Positions 18,848 to 27,984 of a DNA stretch of 64,000 bases are shown here, one piece after another; position 1 is the first letter of the stretch; each line of letters starts with the position of its first letter. The stretch is from assembly GCA_964397195.1 (NCBI GenBank), contig CAYNGY010000001.1, positions 70,586-134,585 on the forward strand, given 5' to 3'. A program made the translations under genes and the position numbers. Under the pieces are notes generated by a model. It was not told the DNA's origin. It searched no databases and was given only the letters and a program-made list of their open reading frames with translations. The DNA is from an uncultured Gammaproteobacteria bacterium (GTDB taxonomy: Bacteria > Patescibacteriota > Patescibacteriia > SBBC01 > CAIJZX01).

Positions 18848-19285
18848 ATGCAAAGTGCAGTAGCCGCACCAGCCGCTCCGACGCACCGTTCGCGTCGGGA
18901 ACGACGAGTCATCGGCGCCGTCCGCTCGCCCAACGCGTATCGTCTCGCGATCGCGTCGTGTGAGTGTCACGTCCCGATGTGCGCGTGTCGCACGAAGTAC
19001 CTCAAGGCCAGGGCCATCTTGGCGCTCACCTCGCCAGGTGAGGCCGCGGAGATCGCCACGCGGTTCGGCATCAACACCGATGGTGACGATCCGCTCTCGA
19101 TCGACTATGCGATGGCCATCCTTGGCCTGAACCCGCGCGGAGTACGCGGGATCGTCGCACGGCTCCGTCGGATGCTCGAGACCAACACCCAGCCGAGTGT
19201 GCTCACGGCGGACCACGATGGCGACGCGGATCTCGACGATCTGCTCGACATCCGGGTCTTCCCCGAGCGCGTGGCCGTCGCCTGA
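18848..19285 (+). CDS. Hypothetical protein with a CxC-x4-CxC motif
   Basis: SCECHVPMCACR; own promoter TTGACA-N18-TAGCCT at 18693-18722. Confidence 0.65.
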   Translation: MQSAVAAPAAPTHRSRRERRVIGAVRSPNAYRLAIASCECHVPMCACRTKYLKARAILALTSPGEAAEIATRFGINTDGDDPLSIDYAMAILGLNPRGVRGIVARLRRMLETNTQPSVLTADHDGDADLDDLLDIRVFPERVAVA

Positions 19286-19495
19286 TGTCGCCCCGCGGCG
19301 TCACTCGCGCCTCCGTGCCTTCTGGTGAAGACATTCGTCCACCGCCCTTCAACGCCGTCGGCCCCTCCTCTGGGGCCGGCGGTTCTTCTTTTTTATCGTT
19401 CCCACGCTAGGCACCACGGCGTGTAACCTCGGTCGACTCCATATATAGACCAAAGTGACGCATCCAGCGACCCTGACCACATCGGAGGTTTCACC

Positions 19496-19621
19496 ATGTG
19501 TCGATCCCTGATCGCCTGTCTGTTCTTCCTCCTGGCCGTGCTCGTCTGTAAGGCCATCGCGGTTCGCACCCTCGCTCCCCACGTTCCTGGTGTCAGCGCC
19601 ATGGTCGTGGTTCGTCACTAG
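19496..19621 (+). CDS. Small 41-aa single-TM protein
   Basis: SD GGAGGT, then MCRSLIACLFFLLAVLVCKAIAVRTLAPHVPGVSAMVVVRH*. Below the ORF-track cutoff. Confidence 0.5.
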   Translation: MCRSLIACLFFLLAVLVCKAIAVRTLAPHVPGVSAMVVVRH

Positions 19622-19825
19622 GCCGATGTTCCTTCCCCACTCGTCCGGATGCCGTGACACGGCGCCGCATCCGGCTATCTTCCGAACTGATGAGCGACAC
19701 CTCGTCGGTTCAGAAGATGGACGCGAGCGAAGTTGACAAAGAAAACAGAAAAACGTATAGTCTGCATAGCTAGTTCTTGACTGAACTGGTTTTTGTTTTA
19801 TTCGTTAGGTCTAACTCCTACGCTC

Positions 19826-21172
19826 ATGGCCGAATCCTCCGCACTTAAGGCGGCAATTGAAGAAATCTGCCAGGAAAAGAATATTCCGTACGACTCGGTG
19901 ATCGAAACGATCGAGGCGGCCTTGGCCGTGGCGTATCGGAAAGATTTTGGCCAGCCGAACGAAAACATTGTCGTCGAGTTCGACCCGGAAACAGCCGTCA
20001 GTAAAATTTTTGATGTCAAAACCGTTGTCTCTGACGAACTGAAAGCCGAGTATGACGCTGAGATGGCCAAGCGCGCCGAACTCGAAGCGGAAGGGAAGCT
20101 CGAAGAGTATCTTGAGCAAAAGCGTCAGGACGAAGAAGCGAAGCGCGCCGAGTTGCCGGAAGGGACGCCGATGATGAAAGACGAACGGTACGACCCGCGA
20201 AAGCATGTCGCGTTGACGGAAGCCCGGCAGGCGAATGACGCGCTCAGTGTCGGTGAAGAAATTCGTACGACCCTGCCCGTTCCGGATGGGTATGGACGAG
20301 TGGCCGCGCAAACAGCCAAGCAGGTGATTATTCAGCGTATTCGCGAGGCCGAGCGTGACATTATCTATCGCCAGTACAAAGGTCGCGAGGGCGAAGTCCT
20401 GACCGCGATGGTCCAACGCGTTGAAGGACGAATGGTCCTGATCGATCTCGGTCAGGGAACGGCGATTATGCCGCCGTCAGAACAGGCGCCACGCGAGAAC
20501 TACCGTCCGGGAGATCGCATCAAAGTATTCCTCGTCGCGGTGAACATGACCCCGAAGGGTCCGGAAATAGTTGTCTCCCGTGCCCATCCAGAAATGGTCC
20601 GCCATCTCTTTATGGTTGAGGTGCCGGAATTGCAAAATGGTTCCGTCGAGATTAAGGGTATTGCTCGGGAAGCCGGGCTGCGGACGAAACTCGCCGTGAC
20701 CTCGGAAGCGAAAAATATTGATCCGGTTGGGTCGCTCGTCGGCCAGCGCGGTACTCGGGTGCAAACGGTGATTACCGAACTCGGTGGTGAAAAAATTGAT
20801 ATTATCGAATGGTCTGATGATGCCGTGAAGTTCATCGGCGCCGCCCTCTCCCCGGCCAAGGTGATTTCCATTAAACTCGATGAAGAACACCGCGCCGCAA
20901 CCGTTGAAGTCAAAGATGATCAGTTGTCGCTGGCGATCGGAAAATCAGGTCAGAATGTCCGTTTAGCCTCGAAGTTGACCGGGTGGAAAATCGACCTGGT
21001 CGGTGAATCGGGTGAGCGCCCGTCTCCAGACGCTGAATTGGCCATCCCGGAAACTCCGGTTGCAACTGAAACGCCGACTGCCGATACCGTTGAGCCAGCC
21101 ACTGAAGCACCAACCGAGCCGGCTGAACCTGACGCGACCGAAAAACCTGCCGACGAAACATCGGCCTCCTAA
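19826..21172 (+). CDS. nusA: Transcription termination/antitermination factor NusA
   Basis: GRVAAQTAKQVI.QRIREAER, S1 and KH domains (AREAG.RTK, GQRGTRV, SLAIGKSGQNVRLASKLTGWKID). Confidence 0.97.
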   Translation: MAESSALKAAIEEICQEKNIPYDSVIETIEAALAVAYRKDFGQPNENIVVEFDPETAVSKIFDVKTVVSDELKAEYDAEMAKRAELEAEGKLEEYLEQKRQDEEAKRAELPEGTPMMKDERYDPRKHVALTEARQANDALSVGEEIRTTLPVPDGYGRVAAQTAKQVIIQRIREAERDIIYRQYKGREGEVLTAMVQRVEGRMVLIDLGQGTAIMPPSEQAPRENYRPGDRIKVFLVAVNMTPKGPEIVVSRAHPEMVRHLFMVEVPELQNGSVEIKGIAREAGLRTKLAVTSEAKNIDPVGSLVGQRGTRVQTVITELGGEKIDIIEWSDDAVKFIGAALSPAKVISIKLDEEHRAATVEVKDDQLSLAIGKSGQNVRLASKLTGWKIDLVGESGERPSPDAELAIPETPVATETPTADTVEPATEAPTEPAEPDATEKPADETSAS

Positions 21173-21214
21173 CGTTACTTTATTCACTAACTCATCAGTA
21201 AAAAAGTATTCTGT

Positions 21215-23287
21215 ATGGGATATCTGTACTTCACGCTCGGCGTGAGTGTCCTCGGACTCGCCATGACCTGGGTCATGACGCATCTCGTGACACGCGCACC
21301 TGCAGCGAATGAGGCGATGGAGAAAGTTGCCAAGGCCATTCGGTCCGGGGCAAACGCTTTCCTCAAACGCCAATACACGACCGTCGGCATCATCGCCGCC
21401 GCTGTTGCTGTTCTCATCTTCGTCGTCTACTGGGCGACCGGTGATCACACGACGGCTTGGCAAACGTCGACATCATTTATTCTCGGGGCGGTCGCCTCAG
21501 GAATTGCCGGCTACGTCGGAATGGCCATCGCCGTTCGGGCCAATGCCAAAGTGGCGGCTCAGGCCGACCGCAAAAACCTCAGCGGCGCATTAACTATCGC
21601 CCTCCGCGGCGGTGCTGTTGAAGGTATTTTAGTGACCTCGCTGTCACTGTTGGGTATTTCTACCCTCTTTTTCGTTTACGAAAAGTTCCTCGGCTATTCA
21701 GTCCAAGATATTCCGGGGGCAATCGTCGGATTCGGTTTCGGGGCCTCGCTCGTGGCACTCTTTGCGCAACTTGGTGGCGGAATTTACACCAAGGCTGCTG
21801 ATGTCGGGGCTGACCTCGTCGGAAAAGTGGAAGCCGGTATTCCGGAAGATGACCCGCGCAACCCGGCCGTCATCGCCGACCTCGTCGGTGATAACGTCGG
21901 TGACTGCGCCGGTCGTGGTGCCGACCTGTTTGAATCAACCGCCGCTGAAAACATCGGCGCCATGATTCTCGGTGTCGCGCTGTATCCGACCTTCGGTCTG
22001 AAAGGTATCATGTTCCCGCTCGTGATTCGCGCCTTCGGCACCATCGCCTCGATTATCGGTGTTCTGTTTGTGCGCGGACGAAAAGATGAAGATCCGATGA
22101 AAGCGCTAAACCGCGGGTTCTACCTGACGGTCTTCCTCGGCGCAATCGCCTTCTTCTTCGTCTCGAAAATCATGTTCGGTGCCGAACATTATCTCTGGTT
22201 CTTCGGCGCCGGTGCGGTCGGGATGGTCTTAAGCATTGCCTTCCTGTGGCTGACCCAATACTACACGGAATATAAGTATGGTCCGGTGAAGAGCATTGCT
22301 CGCGCCTCAGAAACCGGTCCAGCGACGAACATCATCGCCGGTCTGGCGGTTGGGTTCGAAAACGTTGCTCCGGCGGTCATTGCGATTACCCTTGGTCTCT
22401 GGGGATCATTCACCTTGGGTGAAAAGTCCGGGATCGAGAACGGCGGCCTCTACGGGACCGCAGTCGCGACCATGGGAATGTTGGTCAGTGCGCTGTACGT
22501 CTTAGCGATGGACACGTTTGGCCCGATCACCGACAACGCCGGTGGAATTGCCGAAATGTCGAAAGCCTCAGAAGAGACTCGCGCCATCACCGATAAACTC
22601 GATGCGGTTGGAAATACGACTAAGGCCTTAACGAAGGGATATGCGGTTGGTTCCGCTGCCCTGGCCGCCTTCTTGCTCTTCTCGGCTTACCTCGAAGAGG
22701 TTCACCTCAAAGTTGTCGACTTGGCCAAGGTTGAAGTCTTCATTGGTGCCTTTATCGGCGCGATGTTGGTCTTCTACTTCTCGGCACTCGCGATCAAGGC
22801 CGTCGGCAAGACCGCAGGCTACATCATCGAAGAAGTTCGCCGACAATTCCGGGAAAATCCGGGCATCATGGCCGGCACATCTGAGCCGGATTACAGCAAA
22901 GCGGTCGACATTACGACCCGCGGCGCCTTAAAAAACATGGTCCTGCCGGGCGTCGTCGCTATTGCCGTCCCGATCCTTGTTGGGGTCGTCCTGAAAGCCG
23001 AAGCGGCGGCCGGGATGTTGATGGTCGGCACAATTGCCGGTGTCATTCTCGCCTTGTTCATGAACAACGCCGGTGGCGCGTGGGACAACGCCAAGAAATA
23101 TGTCGAAACTGGTGAGTTCAAAGATAGCCATGGAAATGTGCAGGGCAAGAAGACTGCCGTCCATGCCGCCAGTGTCGTCGGTGACACGGTTGGTGATCCG
23201 TTCAAGGACACTGCCGGTCCGTCACTCCACGTGTTAATTAAGTTGCTCGCAACATTAACATTAGTTCTCGCGCCGTTGTTCATGTAA
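21215..23287 (+). CDS. hppA: Membrane-integral pyrophosphatase, K+-independent H+-pumping type
   Basis: GGGIYTKAADVGADLVGKVE, EDDPRNP, DNVGD, GNTTKA and GDTVGDPFKDT motifs. Confidence 0.95.
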   Translation: MGYLYFTLGVSVLGLAMTWVMTHLVTRAPAANEAMEKVAKAIRSGANAFLKRQYTTVGIIAAAVAVLIFVVYWATGDHTTAWQTSTSFILGAVASGIAGYVGMAIAVRANAKVAAQADRKNLSGALTIALRGGAVEGILVTSLSLLGISTLFFVYEKFLGYSVQDIPGAIVGFGFGASLVALFAQLGGGIYTKAADVGADLVGKVEAGIPEDDPRNPAVIADLVGDNVGDCAGRGADLFESTAAENIGAMILGVALYPTFGLKGIMFPLVIRAFGTIASIIGVLFVRGRKDEDPMKALNRGFYLTVFLGAIAFFFVSKIMFGAEHYLWFFGAGAVGMVLSIAFLWLTQYYTEYKYGPVKSIARASETGPATNIIAGLAVGFENVAPAVIAITLGLWGSFTLGEKSGIENGGLYGTAVATMGMLVSALYVLAMDTFGPITDNAGGIAEMSKASEETRAITDKLDAVGNTTKALTKGYAVGSAALAAFLLFSAYLEEVHLKVVDLAKVEVFIGAFIGAMLVFYFSALAIKAVGKTAGYIIEEVRRQFRENPGIMAGTSEPDYSKAVDITTRGALKNMVLPGVVAIAVPILVGVVLKAEAAAGMLMVGTIAGVILALFMNNAGGAWDNAKKYVETGEFKDSHGNVQGKKTAVHAASVVGDTVGDPFKDTAGPSLHVLIKLLATLTLVLAPLFM

Positions 23288-23299
23288 AACGTTCGTGAG

Positions 23300-23330
23300 A
23301 AAAACAGCCCCGCCGTAGCGGGGCTGTTTT
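23300..23330. terminator. Bidirectional intrinsic terminator
   Basis: AAAACAGCCCCGC-cgta-GCGGGGCTGTTTT between convergent genes. Confidence 0.85.
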
Positions 23331-23354
23331 GATGGTAAACGTAGGGCGTTTAGT

Positions 23355-24275
23355 TTAGGCGTCGCCTCCCTCGAGGGGGATTTGGGAGTTGGAGCGTGAC
23401 ATGCGTCGACCGAGATCACTGGCAAATTGATCATGATGTTCAACGAAGGCAGAAATAATACGTTGTGCCTCCTCGATATCGGTTCGCCGGGCATGTTCGT
23501 GGTCAGTATGCGGGTCAGCGATCGGTACCTCAACAGATAAAACACCGACGTTGGGAAGAAATGTAAATTCTATTGAATCATTCGGCCCGCCTTCGATGTA
23601 GTTCGCATGGAGTCCTTGTTCTTTCAAAATATGGGCCGCGTCTTTAATTGGACCGGTCGGGTATGGGAAACCTGCCTGTCCGGGGGGCGTGCTCGACATG
23701 TAGATGGCGGCACCGGTCCCGGGCTTTGTTTTTGAGGTTACATCAAGATTTATAACTACGCGTGGCCGTTCTTCCAGCTCAAATATGTCGTCTACAGCTT
23801 GGCGCGCACCAGCATTGAAGGTGTCCCCGGGTTTCAGGCGCCATGCCATTTTCTTATCGCCCTCTGGGGAGATAACCTCGTGTTCACTTTCTTCTTCGAC
23901 CGTAAAGACGACTGATGGCCGTCGTCCGCTCTGGAAAACATTCATAGCCAGCGCCACACCCAGCGCATCATCAAGTCGCCCGGTCACAGAGTCATCAGTG
24001 CTTTCGAGGGTTCTGCCGGCCCCGACCTTATCCATGTGTGCCACCAATAATATCTTACCCTCCGGTTCTTCAGATCGTACCCAGACATTCCCAGCCGCGT
24101 CTCGCTCCGTTCGTACGTTCAAGTCGAGCAAGCGTTGCTCTATATATGTCGCCACCAGATGTTCCTGTGTAGAGGGGCTTTCAATGGCGGAAAGAGCCGC
24201 GAGGTCCTGGAGTACAGTTCGCCACTGAATCTCAGCGTAGCGTTCTAGTTGAGAGTCGGGAGAAAACTCGTTCAT
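23355..24275 (-). CDS. M20/M28/M42-type metallopeptidase
   Basis: AHMD, LDD, FTVEEE, NLD and HT..E metal-ligand pattern. Confidence 0.78.
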   Translation of the reverse strand: MNEFSPDSQLERYAEIQWRTVLQDLAALSAIESPSTQEHLVATYIEQRLLDLNVRTERDAAGNVWVRSEEPEGKILLVAHMDKVGAGRTLESTDDSVTGRLDDALGVALAMNVFQSGRRPSVVFTVEEESEHEVISPEGDKKMAWRLKPGDTFNAGARQAVDDIFELEERPRVVINLDVTSKTKPGTGAAIYMSSTPPGQAGFPYPTGPIKDAAHILKEQGLHANYIEGGPNDSIEFTFLPNVGVLSVEVPIADPHTDHEHARRTDIEEAQRIISAFVEHHDQFASDLGRRMSRSNSQIPLEGGDA

Positions 24276-25069
24276 GGCTTTGCGTCTGTCAGAATGTACG
24301 TATATGGGACGGTTCGTTGAGGCCCTAGTTCGTGTTTAAAGGCGGCAATGCCGGGCTCATGAACACCGCTTCCAAGCGTACACTCCGTTGTTTTGGGAAA
24401 AAGCTTCGCCCGTTCAAATTGGAGAAAGCGGCTTAAGCCTGGGTACGAGTAGTCAGCCTTTGCTTCAAGTCCAACCCAGTGTTTTGCATCAACGGAATAA
24501 CCCCAGGCAAAGCCAACAAGATGTTGTTGAACTTCAACATATACCTGTCGAATGGCATAGCGACTTAAACGGTCGAGGCAGTACTGAAAAAAATCCTCGC
24601 TTTCTTGAAAAACAATTCCATTTCGACTTTTTTGTTTTTTCCAACGTCGGTAGAACGCAAGAATCTTTTTCTTCGGATATCTTGGGCGTAACGTGTATGC
24701 TGTATGCTTTGTGAAGCGGTGGATCTTCTGTAGTAAATCCCCCGATGGATTTTGAAAGTGTCGAGGATCATAGTAGTACTCCTCGGCAAAGGGTTTTTCG
24801 ACGAGAATCGGGATACCTTCCGCGCGAATGGCCGCTATCTCGTTGGGGGTCGCAAACCCTATAGACGCGCGTTCCCAGTTAATCTTCTTTCGGGGGAGAG
24901 TCAGGGCGGGCCATTCGTGGGGAAAGAGCAAGTCCTGGAGAACAATAATTTCTTCTTGATGGCGCGGAAAAACATAGGCGGCAAAGTCGAGGTACGGCCG
25001 ACAGGTGAGATATGAAAAACGTAATTTCTTTACAAACTGTGGTGAGGTGTGACTTAAAAACTTTTTCAT
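24272..25069 (-). CDS. DUF2156-like GNAT-fold protein (related to the aminoacyl-phosphatidylglycerol synthase C-domain)
   Basis: EYYY...F, EAKADYSYPGLS and PGI..FK..L.P patterns. Confidence 0.55.
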   Translation of the reverse strand: MKKFLSHTSPQFVKKLRFSYLTCRPYLDFAAYVFPRHQEEIIVLQDLLFPHEWPALTLPRKKINWERASIGFATPNEIAAIRAEGIPILVEKPFAEEYYYDPRHFQNPSGDLLQKIHRFTKHTAYTLRPRYPKKKILAFYRRWKKQKSRNGIVFQESEDFFQYCLDRLSRYAIRQVYVEVQQHLVGFAWGYSVDAKHWVGLEAKADYSYPGLSRFLQFERAKLFPKTTECTLGSGVHEPGIAAFKHELGPQRTVPYTYILTDAKP

Positions 25070-25212
25070 ATAGACGCCGATACTAACTATACCACCCTTC
25101 TCATTAGGCCACCATCTCGGCTTGACACCAAAAGTCACCTCTTGTATACCAATAACGTATCAGCGAACGTCGCTGATATTTTGTTCCCATCGTGCATCAC
25201 GGAGGAGCACCG

Positions 25213-25416
25213 ATGTCGAGTTCCTGGAACCCCTGGAGTAGCGGTTGGACGCTGCCAACCACCCAGCCGCATGGTACGCCCCGCGGGTCGGCCACGAACA
25301 GGAATCGGCGGAAGGCCGCCAAGCGGCGTGCGAACCGCCATCACGGTCGCGAGGTCCACAACGGCGTGGTCGTCCACGTCACCCCGTCGACGCGCGCGTT
25401 CCCCGGCTTCGGCTAG
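25213..25416 (+). CDS. Small basic hypothetical protein
   Basis: SD GGAGGAG, promoter TTGACA at 25122, terminator at about 25460-25490. Confidence 0.55.
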   Translation: MSSSWNPWSSGWTLPTTQPHGTPRGSATNRNRRKAAKRRANRHHGREVHNGVVVHVTPSTRAFPGFG

Positions 25417-25543
25417 GCCGCACCGTCCATCGTCGTCAGCCTGAGTGCTGATCACGATTCGTCCGCCTGTCCCCCGGGGCGGACGTTTTTTAATACAAAA
25501 ATCCGCCTCGGCCCATCGCGGAGGATGGGCAGAAGCGGGCGGA

Positions 25544-25915
25544 TCACGTCGTAGCATACTGCCGTGCGGGCCAGCGATGCGCGAGCGCGTAGCAGTAGAC
25601 GACATGTCCGATGACGAGGAGCGCGGCGAGCAGTCCGGTGCCGGTCATGGGCCAGCCGTCGATGAACGACAGGATGGCGTAGGTCACGGCCGTGATCAGC
25701 GTGAGGACGAGGGTGAAGCCCCCGGTCCCGTTCTTGTAGGCGTCCATCACACCGACGCAGCTGCAGATGATGAAGGCGATCAGCCAGAGTAGGTGAAGCG
25801 GATCGGCCGAGTGTTCACCGCAGACACGAATCGGCCAAAGGACCTGGCTGGCGTTGAGTACCGCCAGGGCGCACATGGCTACCAACAGGAGTCTGAAGAG
25901 CGGACGCACGGACAT
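25544..25915 (-). CDS. Hypothetical 4-TM membrane protein
   Basis: SD AAGGAGG and hydrophobic segments. The start may be GTG 25909. Confidence 0.65.
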   Translation of the reverse strand: MSVRPLFRLLLVAMCALAVLNASQVLWPIRVCGEHSADPLHLLWLIAFIICSCVGVMDAYKNGTGGFTLVLTLITAVTYAILSFIDGWPMTGTGLLAALLVIGHVVYCYALAHRWPARQYATT

Positions 25916-26038
25916 CCTCCTTGAGTCGTCGGCAGGCCGGCGACGGCCTCGGAACAGAAAATACAGCGTGAGCAAAGCTCGATTCCATCAAGCGCCTTTT
26001 TCTGACAATTGTCAATACATCGGCTATACTGTCGAAGT

Positions 26039-27346
26039 ATGTCGGTACCATATCCGTCCCTCCGTTGGTGGCTTCTGCCGTTCATCCGCTCACGGATTTG
26101 GACCATCCGTGGTCGTGAAAACCTTCCTTCATCCGGCGGATACATTTTAGCGCCAAATCACCAAGCCTGGGCTGACTCACCCATTGTGGCCGCCGCGGTC
26201 TATCGCCGACTGCAGAAAGAATTACGGTTTGTGTCGATGTCCGGAAAGTACGGTGGCTTTGGGACGCTCGTCATTGACCCAAATAATCGACAAACCGTGA
26301 TTGATGCCGCCGTTCAGGCGCTCGAAGCGGGCCATCCGGTCGTGATATTCCCGGAAGGAAACTCGAACGGGAATCCTGAGCTCCGTGTCGGAAAAACGGG
26401 CGTGGCGCGATTAGCGCATCGCACCGGCTGTCCGGTGATTCCGGTCGGCGTGAAAGGGACGCGTGGGGTAAAGCCTTGGACAAGCGCGGCCTGGTTTTTC
26501 TCGTGGTGGCGCCCGTGTCATATTACCTTCGGTGCGCCATTGCAGTTTGAAAAACGCGAACTGACGGGTCATGACGATCAACTCCTTGAAGCGACCACGA
26601 CGACCATCATGAGTTGTATTAGTACGTTGTCCGGAAAACCGATGCCTGGCCAGGGTCCAAGCCTCGAGCGTCGGGGGGTGGCTTGGTATTTTGTTTGGCG
26701 CGTGGTTCGTCCATTATTCCAGTGGCGTGTCCGGATTTCTGGTCAGCAGTACTTACCCGAGACCGGTCCGTATATTCTCGCGGCAAATCATCAATCGTAT
26801 TTTGACGCTCCGGCGCTGTCGATGGCCGCCTTCCATATCTCTGGCGTCCAACCGATGTACCCAACCAAGCAAACGGTCAGCGACGCCTTCCGACGAGTTG
26901 GTGGGGGCGGGCTGATGGCCATGTTGGGGATGATTCCACTGGATAATACCAATAAGGCCCAGGTGCTCGACCGAGCGATAGCACATCTGCGGCACGGCGG
27001 GGTGGTGGGAATTTTCCCGGAAGGGATGCGCAATAAGCCGTCAGTCAATCCAAATTGGCGAACAGAGATGCTCGTCGGAAAAACCGGCGCGGTGCGGCTG
27101 ATGTTGGCGACCGGTGCGCCGATTATCCCGGTGACAATTTCCGCCCCGCGCGGCATCAGCATACTGGAAACAATACTCAACACGCTGGCGGTCTGGAAAT
27201 TCATCCGCATTCAGATTGGCGCGCCAATCGTTTTTTCATCGCGCCCATCTTCACCGCCCACCCGAGAAGAACTACGTACCTTGACGACCGTGCTGATGCA
27301 ACACATTGCCGAACAATCAGGAATGACGTACCCTCATTCCGTATGA
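26039..27346 (+). CDS. Tandem two-domain PlsC-family (lysophospholipid) acyltransferase
   Basis: Two HxxxxD motifs (NHQAWAD, NHQSYFD), two FPEG and two GKTG..RL motifs. Confidence 0.9.
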   Translation: MSVPYPSLRWWLLPFIRSRIWTIRGRENLPSSGGYILAPNHQAWADSPIVAAAVYRRLQKELRFVSMSGKYGGFGTLVIDPNNRQTVIDAAVQALEAGHPVVIFPEGNSNGNPELRVGKTGVARLAHRTGCPVIPVGVKGTRGVKPWTSAAWFFSWWRPCHITFGAPLQFEKRELTGHDDQLLEATTTTIMSCISTLSGKPMPGQGPSLERRGVAWYFVWRVVRPLFQWRVRISGQQYLPETGPYILAANHQSYFDAPALSMAAFHISGVQPMYPTKQTVSDAFRRVGGGGLMAMLGMIPLDNTNKAQVLDRAIAHLRHGGVVGIFPEGMRNKPSVNPNWRTEMLVGKTGAVRLMLATGAPIIPVTISAPRGISILETILNTLAVWKFIRIQIGAPIVFSSRPSSPPTREELRTLTTVLMQHIAEQSGMTYPHSV

Positions 27347-27948
27347 TCTACACACTCCTGCGGTCGATCCTATTGCCGCGGTTTATCCCGCATTTGTCCA
27401 TCACCGGTCAAGAACACATCCCGACAACCGGCGCCTGCATTCTCGCGCCGAACCATGTTGATTGGCTGGATGGGTTTTATGTCAGCGCCGCGATCCAGCT
27501 TGTGCGCCGCGATTCGGTCAAGTTTTTGACCGCCTCGAATAATTATTGGTGGACAGGGGTGGCGATCCAAATCCCACTCTTCCGTAGTTCTATCGTCGAC
27601 CGGGCCGTTCGTGAGTTCACACGCGGAGCGATCGTCGCAAATTTCCCCGAAGGCCAGCGCAATCATACGGCCACGCTGACGGAAGGAAAAACCGGGACGG
27701 TCCGCATGGCGGCCCTAGCCGCAGTGCCGGTCATTCCGGTCGGGATTCGCTGTACCCCGCATGATACGTTTCGCCAAGCCTGGAGGGAACTATCGAACCC
27801 GGAATATCAGGTGGCAATCTCATTCGGTCAGCCCTTGACGTTTACCCGATCCGCAGAAACGATCACTCACGAGTGGCTCAAGGCGGAAACCCATCGTCTG
27901 ATGAGTGCTATTTCGCCTCTGGCCGGGAAGGCCACTTCCGCCGTATAA
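27343..27948 (+). CDS. PlsC-family acyltransferase
   Basis: NHVDWLD, FPEG.R, GKTGTVRMA and VPVIPVGI motifs; ATGA overlap. Confidence 0.9.
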   Translation: MIYTLLRSILLPRFIPHLSITGQEHIPTTGACILAPNHVDWLDGFYVSAAIQLVRRDSVKFLTASNNYWWTGVAIQIPLFRSSIVDRAVREFTRGAIVANFPEGQRNHTATLTEGKTGTVRMAALAAVPVIPVGIRCTPHDTFRQAWRELSNPEYQVAISFGQPLTFTRSAETITHEWLKAETHRLMSAISPLAGKATSAV

Positions 27949-27984
27949 TAGAGACACCGAGTATTTCATTGGTAGCCTCAACGT

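Noticed and set aside
19678-19722. CTGATGAG as a hammerhead ribozyme core
   Set aside because: No GAAA after stem II; the motif is fully paired inside a simple hairpin.
20020-20210. Long charged insertion in the NusA N-terminal domain as a possible intein
   Set aside because: No intein splice motifs; a helical low-complexity insert of a kind I associate with CPR NusA.
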